A stretch of DNA of 52,578 bases, the filler included, from Circinaria calcarea (Eukaryota), in NCBI GenBank assembly GCA_051942165.1. It is 3 parts of 3 records of this genome, joined end to end, with 100 filler letters (N's around TTAATTAATTAA, not from the genome) between each part and the next. Parts side by side here need not be neighbours in the genome. Positions count along the whole stretch, not along the records: positions 17,564 to 35,025 come from JAVECS010000269.1; positions 35,126 to 52,578 come from JAVECS010000270.1; 1 more part is not named here. The stretch is one strand, 5' to 3'. Made by a program: the position numbers and the translations under genes. Positions 22,608 through 35,140 of this stretch are shown in pieces (positions within the stretch are counted from its first letter, which is position 1; every line of letters begins with the position of its first letter). Under the pieces are notes generated by a model that ran no database searches, had not been told where the DNA came from, and saw only the letters and a program-made list of their open reading frames with translations.

Positions 22608-23382
22608 ATGGGGATTTTCTCTGATTTGTACGCCACCCTCTCCTTCAGCGAAGCTCACGCCGAGGTACCCGAGGTGGAGCCAGCGCAAGTGGTGGAGGAG
22701 CAACAACCCGGGGATAGCAAAGAGGAAGAGAGTGATGAGAAGGAAGAAGAGGCTGAAGAAGGCGGAGAGGACGATGCACAAGAGCCAGAGGAGGAGGCGG
22801 AGGAGGAGGAGGAGGAGGAGGAAGATGTCAGTAAATCTCTCATATGCTTAACCCTGGAAGCTAATCGATCCTTTAGGAGCCCGTAGACCCTAAACCGAAG
22901 CTCGAAGAAGGTATGCAACTCTATTTAGACTTTAGATTGGACCTTCAGTAGCGGAGGATAGCTGTGAAACTGTCCATCTTTCTCAATGGACAATACTCGC
23001 GTCGCCAGAGCTTCTACCACCCTCCCGGGCTCTGGAAAAGTTACTCTGCTAATAACCTCCTTCTCCTTTCTCAGAGTGCGCTCGATCAGCCCAATGCGCT
23101 CCCGCAAAAAGCCACTACGAGCATTGCGTCGAGCGCGTTACAGCGCAGCATGAGAACCCCAACCACAAAGGGCCAAAAGAGGACTGTGTCGAGGAATGTG
23201 AGTGTCAGATTTCCTCCTTTTCCAAAACTACGGTGGCAGCGAAAGTGCTTGCACTATACTTGCTCTGATGAGCTCCATAAAGGGCGATACACTAGCTAAT
23301 CTTACTCTGAGATATAGTCTTCCACCTCTCCCATTGTGCCACCCAGTGTGCGGCACCCAAGCTTTTCAGGATACTCAAATAA
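22608..23382 (+). CDS. QCR6: Cytochrome bc1 complex subunit 6 (hinge protein); 4 exons
   Basis: Very acidic N-terminus, then DPKPKLEEECARSAQCAPAKSHYEHCVERV..EDCVEEFFHLSHCATQCAAPKLF. Introns 22827-22876, 22911-23074 and 23198-23317. Confidence 0.95.
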
Positions 23383-23708
23383 AAGCTATCAATCGTTATA
23401 TAGGATCGGGGAGAGGTTGCGGGGGTTGACTCGGTGACTTTCACGGAGGCAGAACATCGAGACTTGGGGCAGGGAGACTGTCCATGGAGAAACCTCTGAA
23501 CCACGCCTGTACAGTTACCTATTGTCTAGCTGTTGCCTTTTGTATTGTCTACGTGTATAATCCATGGTTCTCAATAGCATAGAAGTCCATCCTCTCAAGA
23601 AGAAGCAGTCTTTTGCAATACAATGTTTGTTTACCTTGAGTGCATAGAATCTTGTTCTTACATCTAGATTCAGATATATACAGCTGATTTCTCATGCATC
23701 CCCTTTGC

Positions 23709-25387
23709 CTACGCTTCTCTAATGGCCACCCGCTCCATTTCCAATCTTTTATTCCTGACACCATCCCCAACCCAGCCCAGCGCCATCGCAGCGGGGACCA
23801 CTGCCATAGCAATCACCGCCTGAAAGACTAGCGCCCTTTGCATGTTAAACGCCGGCTTCGCATCCTCCCCACCTTGCAACGCATCACTTACTACGATAAA
23901 AATCCCTCCCAACGCCTGTCCTCCCGCCCAGCATATCACACTTCCTACCTCTGGTCCCACAGGCCATGTCACCTCCACTAGCCACTCCAAAGCTATGGGC
24001 ACAAGACTAAAAGATGCCGCGCCGAGGATACTACAGATGACATACGGGGCCGCGACCCCTTTGGAAGGCGGAGCCCAGATGAAGGCAAGATAGCAGATTG
24101 CGATTATCGGGACGAGAGACTTGATAAGCAGGAGGTACCGCTTCGAACGGTCGACAATCGGTGATGTGATTGCCGCGGCAACTAGACCTACGAGAATCAA
24201 CAACGCCCCTGCGATGCCGGATTGGAGTTCAGAGTAGCCGTAGGGGGTAAGAATTTGAGTCAAGAGAGAGGATAGCGAGTTGAAGGAGCCAACGTAGGTA
24301 GCGAAAGGGATGAAGATAAGCCAGAAGGTTAGAGAGCGGATGAGGAGTATAATTTGCTGAAGGATCGGCGGCCGGGAAAGGGTGGACGACGGGCTGACTG
24401 GCGTAGGGGGCAAGGCAGGGATGAAGAACGAGGGTATTGCTGCCACGCTGGAAATAATCGCGATGTAGAGAATCATGTTGGGGATATCGGAGGGAGAGGT
24501 GGCGAGAAATGGATCGATAAGCTGACCAAGGGCACCTCCAAATGGATTTGCAAGGCTCATTGCCGCGGTGGCTGAAATCCGGCCTTGGGGAGAGAACCAT
24601 AAGTCCGAGTAACGAGTTGGCGCTGACAAGACAAATGGCTGTGCTGGAAGCATTCTGTTAGATTCGAAGACAGATTTCTAGATGATCAAGCTACGCACCA
24701 AACCCAATCAAGATCTGGCCGAACATAGTGACAGGGAAACTGGGGGGATGGGAACGGGTTCCCGCATATCTGATCCAATTCCCGGCGAGAATAAAGACAG
24801 AAGCAACTATGATAGAAACCCTTGGACCGAATCTCGAGAGGGTGTACATTGTGAATGGCGATGCCGCTACGAACGCGAACAGAAAGGCGGTACTAAACCA
24901 GGCGATTATGGAGGGCGTTGTTGCAAAGAACTCCGCAGAGGTGTTCCCAACCGCCGCAAAAGAGAGCCACTGCTGTCAGTTAGCAGCAGTCGAAGCCAGA
25001 GGGGGAAGTGGCACTTTCATCCCAGCTAACCTATACCCAACCCCAGCATAATGTCAGCCACAAACTGCGCACATACCATTATGCTTCCAACGAAGATTTC
25101 CTTACGATGAGGTTCAGGAGCATCAATTGCACCAAGCCAAACCACCTCCTCTTGTAGACCCGGTATTCGACGTGTGCCGCCGGTGGAGCGGGTACCTCTT
25201 GTACCCTATTCGCCCCCGAAGCTTCCCCATTGTTGGGCTCATCTGAGTATCGACCTCGCACCCCGACGTGTGTCTTGGTGGTGCCTTCCCACGTGAAGTC
25301 AGTCATCTCGGTGTCTTGCTGATGGTGATGCGAAAGGAGCTCCTCGGTGCTGGGTCTTTGGCCAATAGGCGGTCGATGTTGCGGCAT
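23709..25387 (-). CDS. Major facilitator superfamily transporter, FLVCR/SLC49-like; 4 exons including a 12-nt micro-exon
   Basis: YRVYKRRWFGLVQLMLLNLI|VSWD|WLSF, AQPFVLSAPTRYSDLWFSPQGRISATA and about 12 TM segments. Stop at 23709. The second intron has a GA donor (see findings). Confidence 0.88.
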
Positions 25388-26024
25388 CGTGTGCTCATAA
25401 TGGTAGCGTCTCCATTGGGAAGATTCAGCGTTGTATGTCGGCTTGTAATCCTCCAGGAGTCTATCTATAACGTGCCACCCCCTGAAAGCCGCGGGAGCGC
25501 AATCGAAACGTCGAAGGGATATCACCAGAATTGGGTTCAAATCTCAATAGCGGGTTCCCCCATCTCGTTTCCTGGTGGCTGGTTTCAATCTCGTAATGTT
25601 CCAGTCCTGATGGACTGATAGACTGACTACCTTCTGTAGTGCGGTGCTTTGACATTGAAGCTGCTGATCCGCTCAGACTTCGGCCGGTTCGGAGGAAACC
25701 CCCACCACGCCCACTACGTACCTTTATAGTTCTGGCGTTTGCGTGCCTCCAACATCCATCACACTACCTTTCCTTAAATATCTACTCTCCGATTCCCTCT
25801 TCCATCCACCCAATAAGTACCCCTCAACTACGCAGGAGCACCTGCGGTCCTCTTCTGAAGTCAACTACCCCAATTCTTGTTCGACATAGCTCCACACTCG
25901 CTTCTGCCGAGCTCTCCTCGTACCAGCATCTGAAAGATAACTGCAGCGGCGATTCTTCCAGTTTGGCAGATCGGAGGGAAACAAAGAAAGCAGCTAAGAG
26001 GTGTTAAGTTCTCCAAAGATCATC

Positions 26025-28454
26025 ATGGCGCGCCAAAAGAAGTTCGCGCCGATGGTTCCAGCCGCTTATGATCTTGTGCTATGGGTCCTTTCGATACTGG
26101 TGGATCTTTTCTTCCGAGAAGTCCATCCTCGAGGCTCCTGGAGGATACCAAGAAGAGGTCCGGTCATTTTCGTGGCCGCACCTCATGCAAATCAGGTATG
26201 ATCGTCAGGTTGCTGGCTCATACTCTACTAACTGCTTGCTCCAGTTCGTGGATCCTCTGATCCTCATGCGGGTTATAAGAACAGAAGCTCACCGCCGTAT
26301 TGCCATCCTAACAGCGGAAAAGTCGATGAGGAGGAAGTTCGTCGGCTTTATGGCCAGAACAATGGGGGCGGTTCCAGTTTCTCGCGCTATGGACAGCACA
26401 AAGGCAGCAAAAGGGAAGATATATTTGCCCGACCCTGTGGATGATCCAACGCTTGTCCGAGGAGTAGGGACGCAGTTTGACGAAGAGGCCCAAATCGGAG
26501 GTTTGCTGGTCTTACCGACCGTAAATGGCATAGCAGCTAGTGCAGAAATACTTGAGATTAGGGGGCCAGAGGAGATACGATTGAAGAAAGAGTTCAAGGG
26601 TGCGGATGCGCTAAAGCAATTGACTGGAAGGACCGATATCGACGATCAAGGAAGATTCACGGGTGGTGCTGGTAAAGGGTCAAATGATCTTGCCAAAGAC
26701 TTTCAGGGGACGTCTTTCAAGACAGCTCCGAAGGTTGACCAGACTTTGGTGTACAACGCTGTATTCGAGAGGTTGAATACTGGAGGATGTATTTGCATAT
26801 TTCCCGAGGGTGGAAGTCATGATAGGACTGAGCTGCTGCCGTTAAAAGGTTCGCCGACGAATGCTTCCTGTTCCCCCTTTATCCCGAACTGATCAGTGTT
26901 AGCTGGGGTTGCTATAATGGCTCTTGGCTCCTTGGCAGCAAATCCTGACTCCGGGCTCAAGATTGTACCCTGTGGTATGAACTATTTCCACGCACATAAA
27001 TTTAGATCACGTGCCGTCGTCGAGTTTGGACCACCGTTAGAAGTTCCCTCGGAGCTTGTGGAAATGTACAGAAGCGGTGAGAGACGTGAGGCCACTCGGC
27101 AGTTATTGGAAACGATATATCAATCTCTAGTTGCAGTCACAGTCACCAGTCCTGATTACGATACATTAATGGTTTGTTTGCTACTCACTGTCATGGATCT
27201 TCTACTAACATCGTGCAGCTCATCCAAGCAGCCCGACGATTATATAATCCCACTGGAAAAAAGCTTCCTCTACCGATGATTGTTGAGCTCAACCGCCGCC
27301 TGGTAAAGGGTTACACCCATTACAAAGATGATCCTAGAATCGTTAATCTCAAGAAATCAGTCAATGAGTACAATAAACAGCTCTGGCTCTTAGGAGTCCG
27401 TGACCATCAGGTGGAGTATGCCAAATTTTCCGCTCCCAAGGTTGTAGTCACTCTGATCTACCGGCTTGGCAAACTGGCCGTCATGGCTGTTGGTACCCTA
27501 CCGGGTTTGGTCTTGTTTGCACCAGTATTTGTTGCCTCTAAGATCATCTCAATTAAGAAGTCCCGTGAAGCTTTGGCAGCGTCCACCGTTAAACTGCAAG
27601 GCCGAGATGTTATGGCGACCTGGAAATTACTGGTTGCCATGGCGTTTGCTCCGATGCTTTACGCGTTCTATACTACAACACTCACTTATTGGACTTATCG
27701 GAACCGAGTTCAAGGGTGTATACCAGAATGGGTCCCATTATGGGTGGTCGTCATCTTTGGCATTATCTTCTTCCCGTCGATTACCTTCGCTGCCCTCCGA
27801 TTTGGGGAGACTGGTATGGACATTGTTAAATCCTTACGGCCTCTTATTCTTTCCCTCAACCCAACCTCTGCGAATACTCTTGTGAAGCTACGGAAGAAGC
27901 GTGAAGAGCTATCGGCAGATGTGACGGAGATCATCAACACACTTGGCCCGGAGATGTTCAAAGACTTTGATAGCGCACGCATTATTGCCAATCCCTTCCG
28001 TGAAGGTTCGGAACCTTCATCACCGAGGACGCCGAAGTCTCCCAAAGGCCACGGCCGCTTTCCATCCGATCATTTCCCATCAACGCCGCCGAAAGATGGC
28101 AATGCTGCTGAAGCCAGCATCGGTGGAGGCTCTTCAGCGCATGGTCCTCTGCCACGAAACGAGTCGTTTAGTAACCTTGGAAACTTTAGTCTTTTTGCAT
28201 CACGACCGCCGAGCAGGAGTAGAAGCCGGAGTAATTCCAGTGCCGGACTTGCTAATTCCGATGGCTTTTCCGTCAAGGGGTTTAGCACAATCAGCTCCAA
28301 AGAGAGTCTAGATGAAGTCAGTAAGAAGATCCGGGGTGCAATGCAGGAGAGGGGTAAAGAACGAACCCGGAGAAGGAGTGAGGAAGGGAGTTGGGACATG
28401 GCGAGTTCTGGGGTTATAACGCCCGGTAGCGAAGAAGGCAAGAAAGAGGTATGA
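26025..28454 (+). CDS. SCT1: Glycerol-3-phosphate/DHAP O-acyltransferase (Sct1/Gpt2 family); 4 exons
   Basis: Acyltransferase motifs APHANQ|FVDP, GAVPVSRAMD and IFPEGGSHDR, plus IVPCGMNYFHAHKFRSRAVVEFG. Three GT-AG introns at ~26196, ~26849 and ~27172. Confidence 0.93.
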
Positions 28455-29427
28455 AGGGGTTATACCGGCAAGGCCCTCTGAGTACATGGATTTAGCGTTG
28501 GAGTTGGCATGGAAGGAAGATTCCCCGATTTGATATTATAGGTGAACATCCCTTAGGTATACTGGAGATGAGATTGAGGTTTAGGTTTCTCTATCCAACA
28601 TACTTGACGTGTTTATGCAATCCGACACGTGTAAAATACCGGACTATGTACTATGAAATCGCATGGATTATGAGGCTATCTAGGCCCCATCTTCGAAGGT
28701 ACAGAGTGATTATTAACCTTAAAGCCTGCCAAACTAGGAGACCATATCAAAATAACCCTATTTTATAGCGTCTTTAAGTTTACAGTCAGCACATCATCTT
28801 ATATTTTCCTAAGTGTTTGGTTGCGACCGCCTAGCTATCATCTATACTATAGTCTCTGCTTGACTATTGGGAGGAGGCTGATTAGATGCAAGCTCTTAGT
28901 TCTCACTTGGGTCTGGTGATTGAAATATTTGGGGTAAGGCGTATTTTCGTACGGTATCTTAGGGTTGGAGTTTACAGCTTCGTACGTGGTAGGCAGAGTA
29001 GGGAAGTAGGAAAACCTCCTTCAAGATACGGTTTCTCGATCAACGGACTAGGTTGGGTTGGTATAGTGGGGACCATGAAGGGAGATGAGATACTAGTGGT
29101 ATTGGTCGATGAAAAATGACTCATTGTTGAAGGCTGATAGGTGGTAAATGAATACTGCCAGTTTGAAGAAGGTTCGACTCTTAAGATTGGACAAGCACAA
29201 ACGTCGGATGCTGCATAGGTTAAGCATACGCTTTAGTAATACAACAGATTCGTATAGATGATTGATGAGAAAACCTGAATTCTGAAGCGCCGTCTGCTGA
29301 TGCTTCAACCTCACCAACGCCTCACCCCCATATTTACAGACATAATCCTAGCCCTCTCCGCAGCCTCATGATAGTACAGACATCCAGAGCAGCAATCACC
29401 ATAGAACGATGTACCACTCCCGCAACT

Positions 29428-29863
29428 CTATTTCCGCTTGTGAGGTCCAATAATTTTGGGATATAATCGCGAGAGATGGTAATTGATGGTATTTTTCTTT
29501 TGAGTCGTCGGTCTCTGCAAGTGATGATATAGGCATCAGTGAAACGTATCTTCCTAACATTGCAGATCTAAAGGTGGAACATGGAATAATTCCAACGTAC
29601 CGGCGTGTCCATACACGCTCGCAGTTGCTGTTCCAGAGCGGCGCATCCCTGAATACTATGGCCTGATGACGCCCAGCAGCCTGAAAGACAGTAATTAGCC
29701 ACCATAACATCCCTTTCACCATCTATTCCATCCCACCTAGTACAGAGGTCATGATGCCTAGACATGGATTTGCTTCTGGCCTGTTCGGCCGGCGTACTCG
29801 AAGCTTGGGGAGCGGTGGTAGGCGTGTCGGGGTAAGTTTTGTAGAGTTACCTTTGGGAGGCAT
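29428..29863 (-). CDS. MRP10: Mitochondrial small ribosomal subunit protein mS37/Mrp10; 3 exons
   Basis: MPPKGNSTKLTPTRLPPLPKLRVRRP..NPCLGIMTSVL|GCWASSG..CAALEQQLRACMD|..KNTINYHLSRLYPKIIGPHKRK*, with a twin CX9C motif. Confidence 0.92.
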
Positions 29864-30145
29864 ATTGACGGTCTAATGTCGCACCTTTCTACTTTTGTTA
29901 CCGAATTGACATGTTATCCTGTTGGAAGGTTGACGATTCAGAGACGGAATCTCTAGAGACGGATCATGATGAGATGCTAAGCCCGATCAAGGCTAGCTTA
30001 CCCGCTTTGTTTATCTCCCCGTGCTCGCGAGTCAACTTGCCCTAATCCCTCATAGTATTTTGCAATATATGTCCACTTACATCTGTATCTATTCTCGGGA
30101 TATCAACTAGCACTCTGCGATTCATGTCTTTGAGTTTACAGTCTG

Positions 30146-32449
30146 ATGTCAGAGGAGGACGCAAAAAGCAGCATGTCCATCCCAGGTGACCTGACAACAG
30201 TAAGCGCCGGAGAGACCTGGTACGTATCTAGCATAACAACCTGATTTCTTCTGAACGAGAGCCTAATGCAGTAATGTAGGCAACAGGAAGATCGAGTCTA
30301 CGACTTCCAACAGTGTACGGCACCGCATATTCCGCGCGCATGGGAGCGTGCCCCAAAATCTTCTTTTGCGCCTCAGCGTAGAGGGCGTACAGTATGGAAG
30401 CGATACGACCTAAGGGCCAAGGAGCTGGATCCAACGCTCCATGATCACACCAAGAGGCGAGCTGGCGAATATAAAGAAGCTCTACGGCCAATTAAGCGTC
30501 GACGGGCAAAGCAAGCGCCAGAGGGCCGTGATTTACAACATACTCAAACGCCACCTCGATTCTTTACCACACTACGAGAACAGTCTTGCGGCACTCCTCG
30601 AAGTACATCTTACCTTCTACTGGAGACTGTATGTTAATTGGCTAACCTTGACCTGTTTGTAGGAAAGGTTACAAATCGCACAAGCCTGAACGGTGGCAAG
30701 TCCATACTGCAGAATAGGCTAGCGACAGATTTACAATGGACGAGTAATGACGAACTTGTCATTCCAAACGATGTTTCGTTCGATGCGCCAGGCAAAAATG
30801 AACCCACAACTGATGCATCGCTGGAGATGGGTAGCGTTACACAGTTCGAGGACAGCGGCGACGATGGTCTCTTGCCGCCTGTCAACCCGGATTCTGAACC
30901 AGCGCAAGGGACTCGACCTACAGTAACTGATAGCGGACAAAGTACACAAGAACCTCTCATGACAAGGGCTAGCCAAGGCGAAGTGGTATCTGAGGGTTCA
31001 GACAAAAAGATCTTGACGGTTCAGGAAGGATCCGCTTTGAGGCTTTGCAAGGAGGATAATAAATTACAATACCTAGTTAGGGCACCGTGTGGAGCGGACT
31101 CATCAAAAGAGACCATACAGCCGGGTGCTCATCGAAAGCTAGCAGAGCTCTATAACCCAGTTGGAGATGTAATACTTGATGATAATCCGCATCTTGGTAC
31201 AGAATATTTACACAATGACAATACGACAATCGAACTTGGCCTATCAACGGGGACATTAAGGCAGCGTACCTCACCCAATCCAGAAGACAACCGCTTAACG
31301 GAGGTTCAAGATTCATCGACAAATATCAGTCAATCCGCTATGATTTCAGATCACAACGTGTCCTACGATCATGTCGTCGATGGCGTGTTAGATTTCGTCA
31401 ATGGAGTTGCACCAAAGATGCATCTAGGCAAGGAACTATCACCGCCATTTACCGAATTCGAAAGTCCCGAAAGTCTGAGGATGGTGTTTGAAAAGCCAAT
31501 TGAGACCGAAGGCAGGGAAGAAAATGATACTGTACAGCATCCTAATGTCGACCAAGAGAGCCATATCATACACATAGACCCCTCTACCACAGGTCCCGAG
31601 CTTCAAGGAAATCAAATCGAAAGCGAGATCAAAGTCCCGGATATCGCTATAACCTTGCACGAAGATATGGTTTCCCCTCTAGTGGCGGAAAAAGGGTTCC
31701 CCCATGGACGAACTCGCTCTGGAGCTCGGTTCAGCGACGATACCAGTATGCTGAAAGACTTTTTGAATCGTGCACAAGCAAGGAAAGCTGCGATACCAAG
31801 GAGAAAACCGGAAGCCTCACTAGTCTCCCCACGGCGCTCTCCACGCAAAATCCTTGGTCAACTCGATAACAACTCCCCCACCCCTACCAGATCGAGGGAT
31901 TTACGAAAACGGATGGATCCCCCTTTGGGAGAAGACAAACTCGAGATAGGCAAGATTGGCGGGGAACTTGCAGCCCCGGTATCCTGTCGACGCAGCACCC
32001 GGACTCGGCTACCCGCGCCGGTCAAGAAAAGCGTAGGCGCTCCAAGCTTCATACCGGTACGCCGAGTAGATGGCACTGATCCGGTCGTCTTGCAGAAGTC
32101 GGTAGCTCAAGAGCTAGCGATTGTCACCCGCGTAAATACCAGGCGGAACAAGGGCGAGTCAAGGCCTCCCAAGCTAATGCTGCCTGAAATTGCAGTAGAG
32201 GCATCCGACACTGTAGATGGCAGAAAGCATGCGGAAACATGCAGCAAAATGGTCAGCTGGGATGAACGACTGGCCTACTATCAGGAAGCTGGGGAGACGA
32301 AAGAGGGGAAGGAGAAGGAGAAACGGCCCAAGGTAAGAAGGCTCCGGGGCTTGGGGGCTGTCAATGGGACGCCTGCAGCGAAGAAGGTGGTGATGGACAT
32401 GGCCGCGCCGGGGCCGAGACGGCCAGGGAGATCGAGAGGGCAGTCGTGA
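30146..32449 (+). CDS. Uncharacterised, largely disordered protein; 3 exons
   Basis: Introns ~30220-30279 and 30603-30662 link MSEEDAK..ETW|QQEDRVYDF..IPRAWERAP..VWKRY to the 600-codon ORF. Islands of complex sequence: FSDDTSMLKDFLNRAQARK, TRVNTRRNKG and KMVSWDERL. Confidence 0.75.
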
Positions 32450-33262
32450 CGCGGTTACCGCTCGACCACGTCGAGCCTCCTTATCTGTATGTTTGAAGTG
32501 GGGTGTGGGGAAATCCGGGGTAGATGCGACAGTACATCATCTGGCAGTTGGGAATTTTCGTTGGTGGTGGATGCGCTCCATGGAAATTGAAGGGGGATGA
32601 AATCAGGTCCCTCGACTACTTTGTAGATAGTCGTGTGCCGTCAAGCTAGCTCCCAAAGAGGACTAGCTCCTGGGCTCTTATCTTCCCTCACTCCCTCGAC
32701 TCCGACTGTCAACCGCATTTGCCACCCCGCTCGATGTTCGAGCTGCGAGCGAATGCTGCCAGCGATGTGCCATCATCGCCATCGCCCATGAGATTGGGAT
32801 AATCTGCGATCATACAGCTTGCGACCGACTGTGGTGGGCGACCCAACACGAGCGAGCGGGGAGGTGAAGCTGTTATGTAATATTAGTCACAACTGACGTT
32901 GGATCCTCATGGCCTCTGGCTCCAACTGGATATTGCTGGGCTGGTGGAAGCCAGTCACAAGATGACTTCAGAGTCGTGTTGTCCTCCTTTTGGATGAGCG
33001 ACCGGGAGAGAATGCATCATGTTTCGCTTTCCCTTCACTCCGCTCTACACGGGCGTTTAAACTACGGTGCCCAGAAACTATGGGATTACTATTACTCATT
33101 CACGCAACGTCGATGTCATGAGGCAACGGAAGTTTTCTCTCTCTGCCTTTATTAAAGCATCGTCCTTACTCTCCAGTCCTGCCGAGTCAAACATCTGTAC
33201 ACAAGCACATCTCACCGGACCAAAAGTTACTACTGTCGTAATATTCACCAAAGTCGTGAGGC

Positions 33263-35025
33263 ATGGCCACTAATATTGTCTTAGACGCCTCCGCCATTGG
33301 CAACGGACATTATGGAGCCAGTTGCTATGGGGTCGCTAATCGAAGGTTATCTTCTCCGCAATTTCAGAGAGTCGAAGCTGCAGGCGCCGGGTATGCAGAA
33401 CGCACCAACGTGCGGTTTGGCCTCGGTACTGCCGATATGCGCCCCTTCTCCCCAAACACTACATCACCACCAAAGCGTCAGCAATCCTACCTGGGTGCTT
33501 TAAGGAGACAGAGCTCATGCTCCTCCGTGAAAGAAGATCGACGTGGTGAGCACATTTCGGCGAACTTTTGGTCAGCTTTCTGACTCGCTAGGCACCATAT
33601 GCTAACGCTCTTATCATGAGACCAGGCACCGCCCAATCCTTCCTGGAGTCTGCCATACATGATAGACCACTCCTAGGCCAAGCCGATCATGGTACTGATG
33701 GCTCCCCACCAGGCACCAATCCCTGCTCCTGCTGTTGTCGATGTGGGAGAGCCAGGGAATGGAAACCGAATGGATTGAGGGCGAAAAGAAAAAGCAGAAG
33801 TTATAGCCCGGTGCGCACCGGTGTGTCGGAGCTATCAGATTGGTATCCCGAATTGTTGGTATCTAAACCTCCAAAAATCAATGCACCCATTCAAAGTAGA
33901 GCGGGTGAAGCACCGCTGGAGAGATTACCTGCAGAAATTTTAGGTAATTGACTACAGAGAAAAGCAAACTTCTAGGCTGACTGGTGATTGCTAGATCGCA
34001 TTATCGCCCAACTCGTCCTCGACGTTCCCCCAATGGAGTATACTCCCCGAAATACGGACCTCGTATCATGCCTTCTTACTTCTCGCAGCATTTATGCTGC
34101 GGCTATAGTGTCATTGCACAAGCATGTTACTATACCTCATTCGAACATTTTTTCCAAGTACCTCAATCATATCTCGCGATATCCGGCTCTAGGATCCATC
34201 ACTAAAAGGCTGGATTTCTCTCATTTCACATCCCTAGGTATGGGTCGCACACGCCAAAACAATTCTGACATCCGCAATATGACCTATCAGACCTTGCTCA
34301 GATGCCTCGAATTAACTCCAACGGTACAAGAAGTGCTACTTCAGGAGCATCTAGACGAAGATGTTGATGAAGCTGTGGTTCGAAAGTTGTTCTTCGGACT
34401 TTCTAATCTCCGGGCCGTGGACTTTTGTGCCTCGTCTTCAAAGGCCTTTGTGGACGCGTTTTCTGGTGCTTTGATCGGTCCTATACCGCCGGGAATGTCA
34501 GCACTATGCATTAGGAGACTAAGCCTGCACGAATGTTTCACATTGCCAAGTTCGACATTTGAAATCCTGTTACCGCAACTCCCACGACTGACCCATCTGG
34601 ATCTTTGCCACACGAGAATTACCGACCAAGCTTTAACATTGATTCCGAGAACGGCAAGACTTACTCATCTGAACGTTGGCCGGTGCTCACACATCTCCGG
34701 GGTAGGTGTAGTGGATTTTCTTACCACACATGAAGCAACCAGTGGCCTGGTTTACCTGAACTTGTCCTGCGATGTTTCGCGCTACCGCTTGCTCTGGGAA
34801 GCTGATGTCGATCGTTTATTGCCTTGCCTACCGACCACTTTACGCTCCTTGAACCTGAATGGTGCCAAACTCCGCTCACACCACCGATCGCTGCTTTTAC
34901 CACTGACGAAGCACCTGGAGGAACTTGGTATTGGCTATGCTGAATTCTCAATGCAAGACGTCACTGCGTTGTTTGTACCACAACAAGGCTCGAATGATGG
35001 AATGTCAAGAGAAGAGGCCAGCTGG
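33263..35025 (+). CDS. F-box / leucine-rich-repeat protein (yeast YLR352W-like), truncated by the contig end; 3 exons seen
   Basis: F-box LERLPAEIL|DRIIAQL and LRR units (LRAVDFC, IRRLSLHEC, LTHLDLCHT, LTHLNVGRC, LRSLNLNG). Introns 33546-33625 and ~33944-33995. Confidence 0.85.
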
Positions 35026-35125
35026 NNNNNNNNNNNNNNNNNNNNNNNNNNNNNNNNNNNNNNNNNNNNTTAATTAATTAANNNNNNNNNNNNNNNNNNN
35101 NNNNNNNNNNNNNNNNNNNNNNNNN
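35026..35125. other. Artificial contig-joining linker (44 N + TTAATTAATTAA + 44 N)
   Basis: Identical in structure to 17464-17563. Confidence 0.97.
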
Positions 35126-35140
35126 GTGTATAAGAGACAG
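35126..35140 (+). other. Nextera/Tn5 mosaic-end adapter remnant
   Basis: GTGTATAAGAGACAG is the last 15 nt of the 19-bp mosaic end AGATGTGTATAAGAGACAG and sits exactly at the contig start. Confidence 0.95.

Noticed and set aside
23233..23280. Alternative type II hammerhead reading (AGC-GAAA-GTG[CTTG]CAC-TA...CTGATGA-GCT)
   Set aside because: The 8 nt that should form stem I (TACTTGCT) cannot pair.
29255..29305. Box C/D snoRNA candidate (TGATGA...CTGA...CTGA)
   Set aside because: C-to-D span is only about 40 nt, and I recognise no rRNA-complementary guide.
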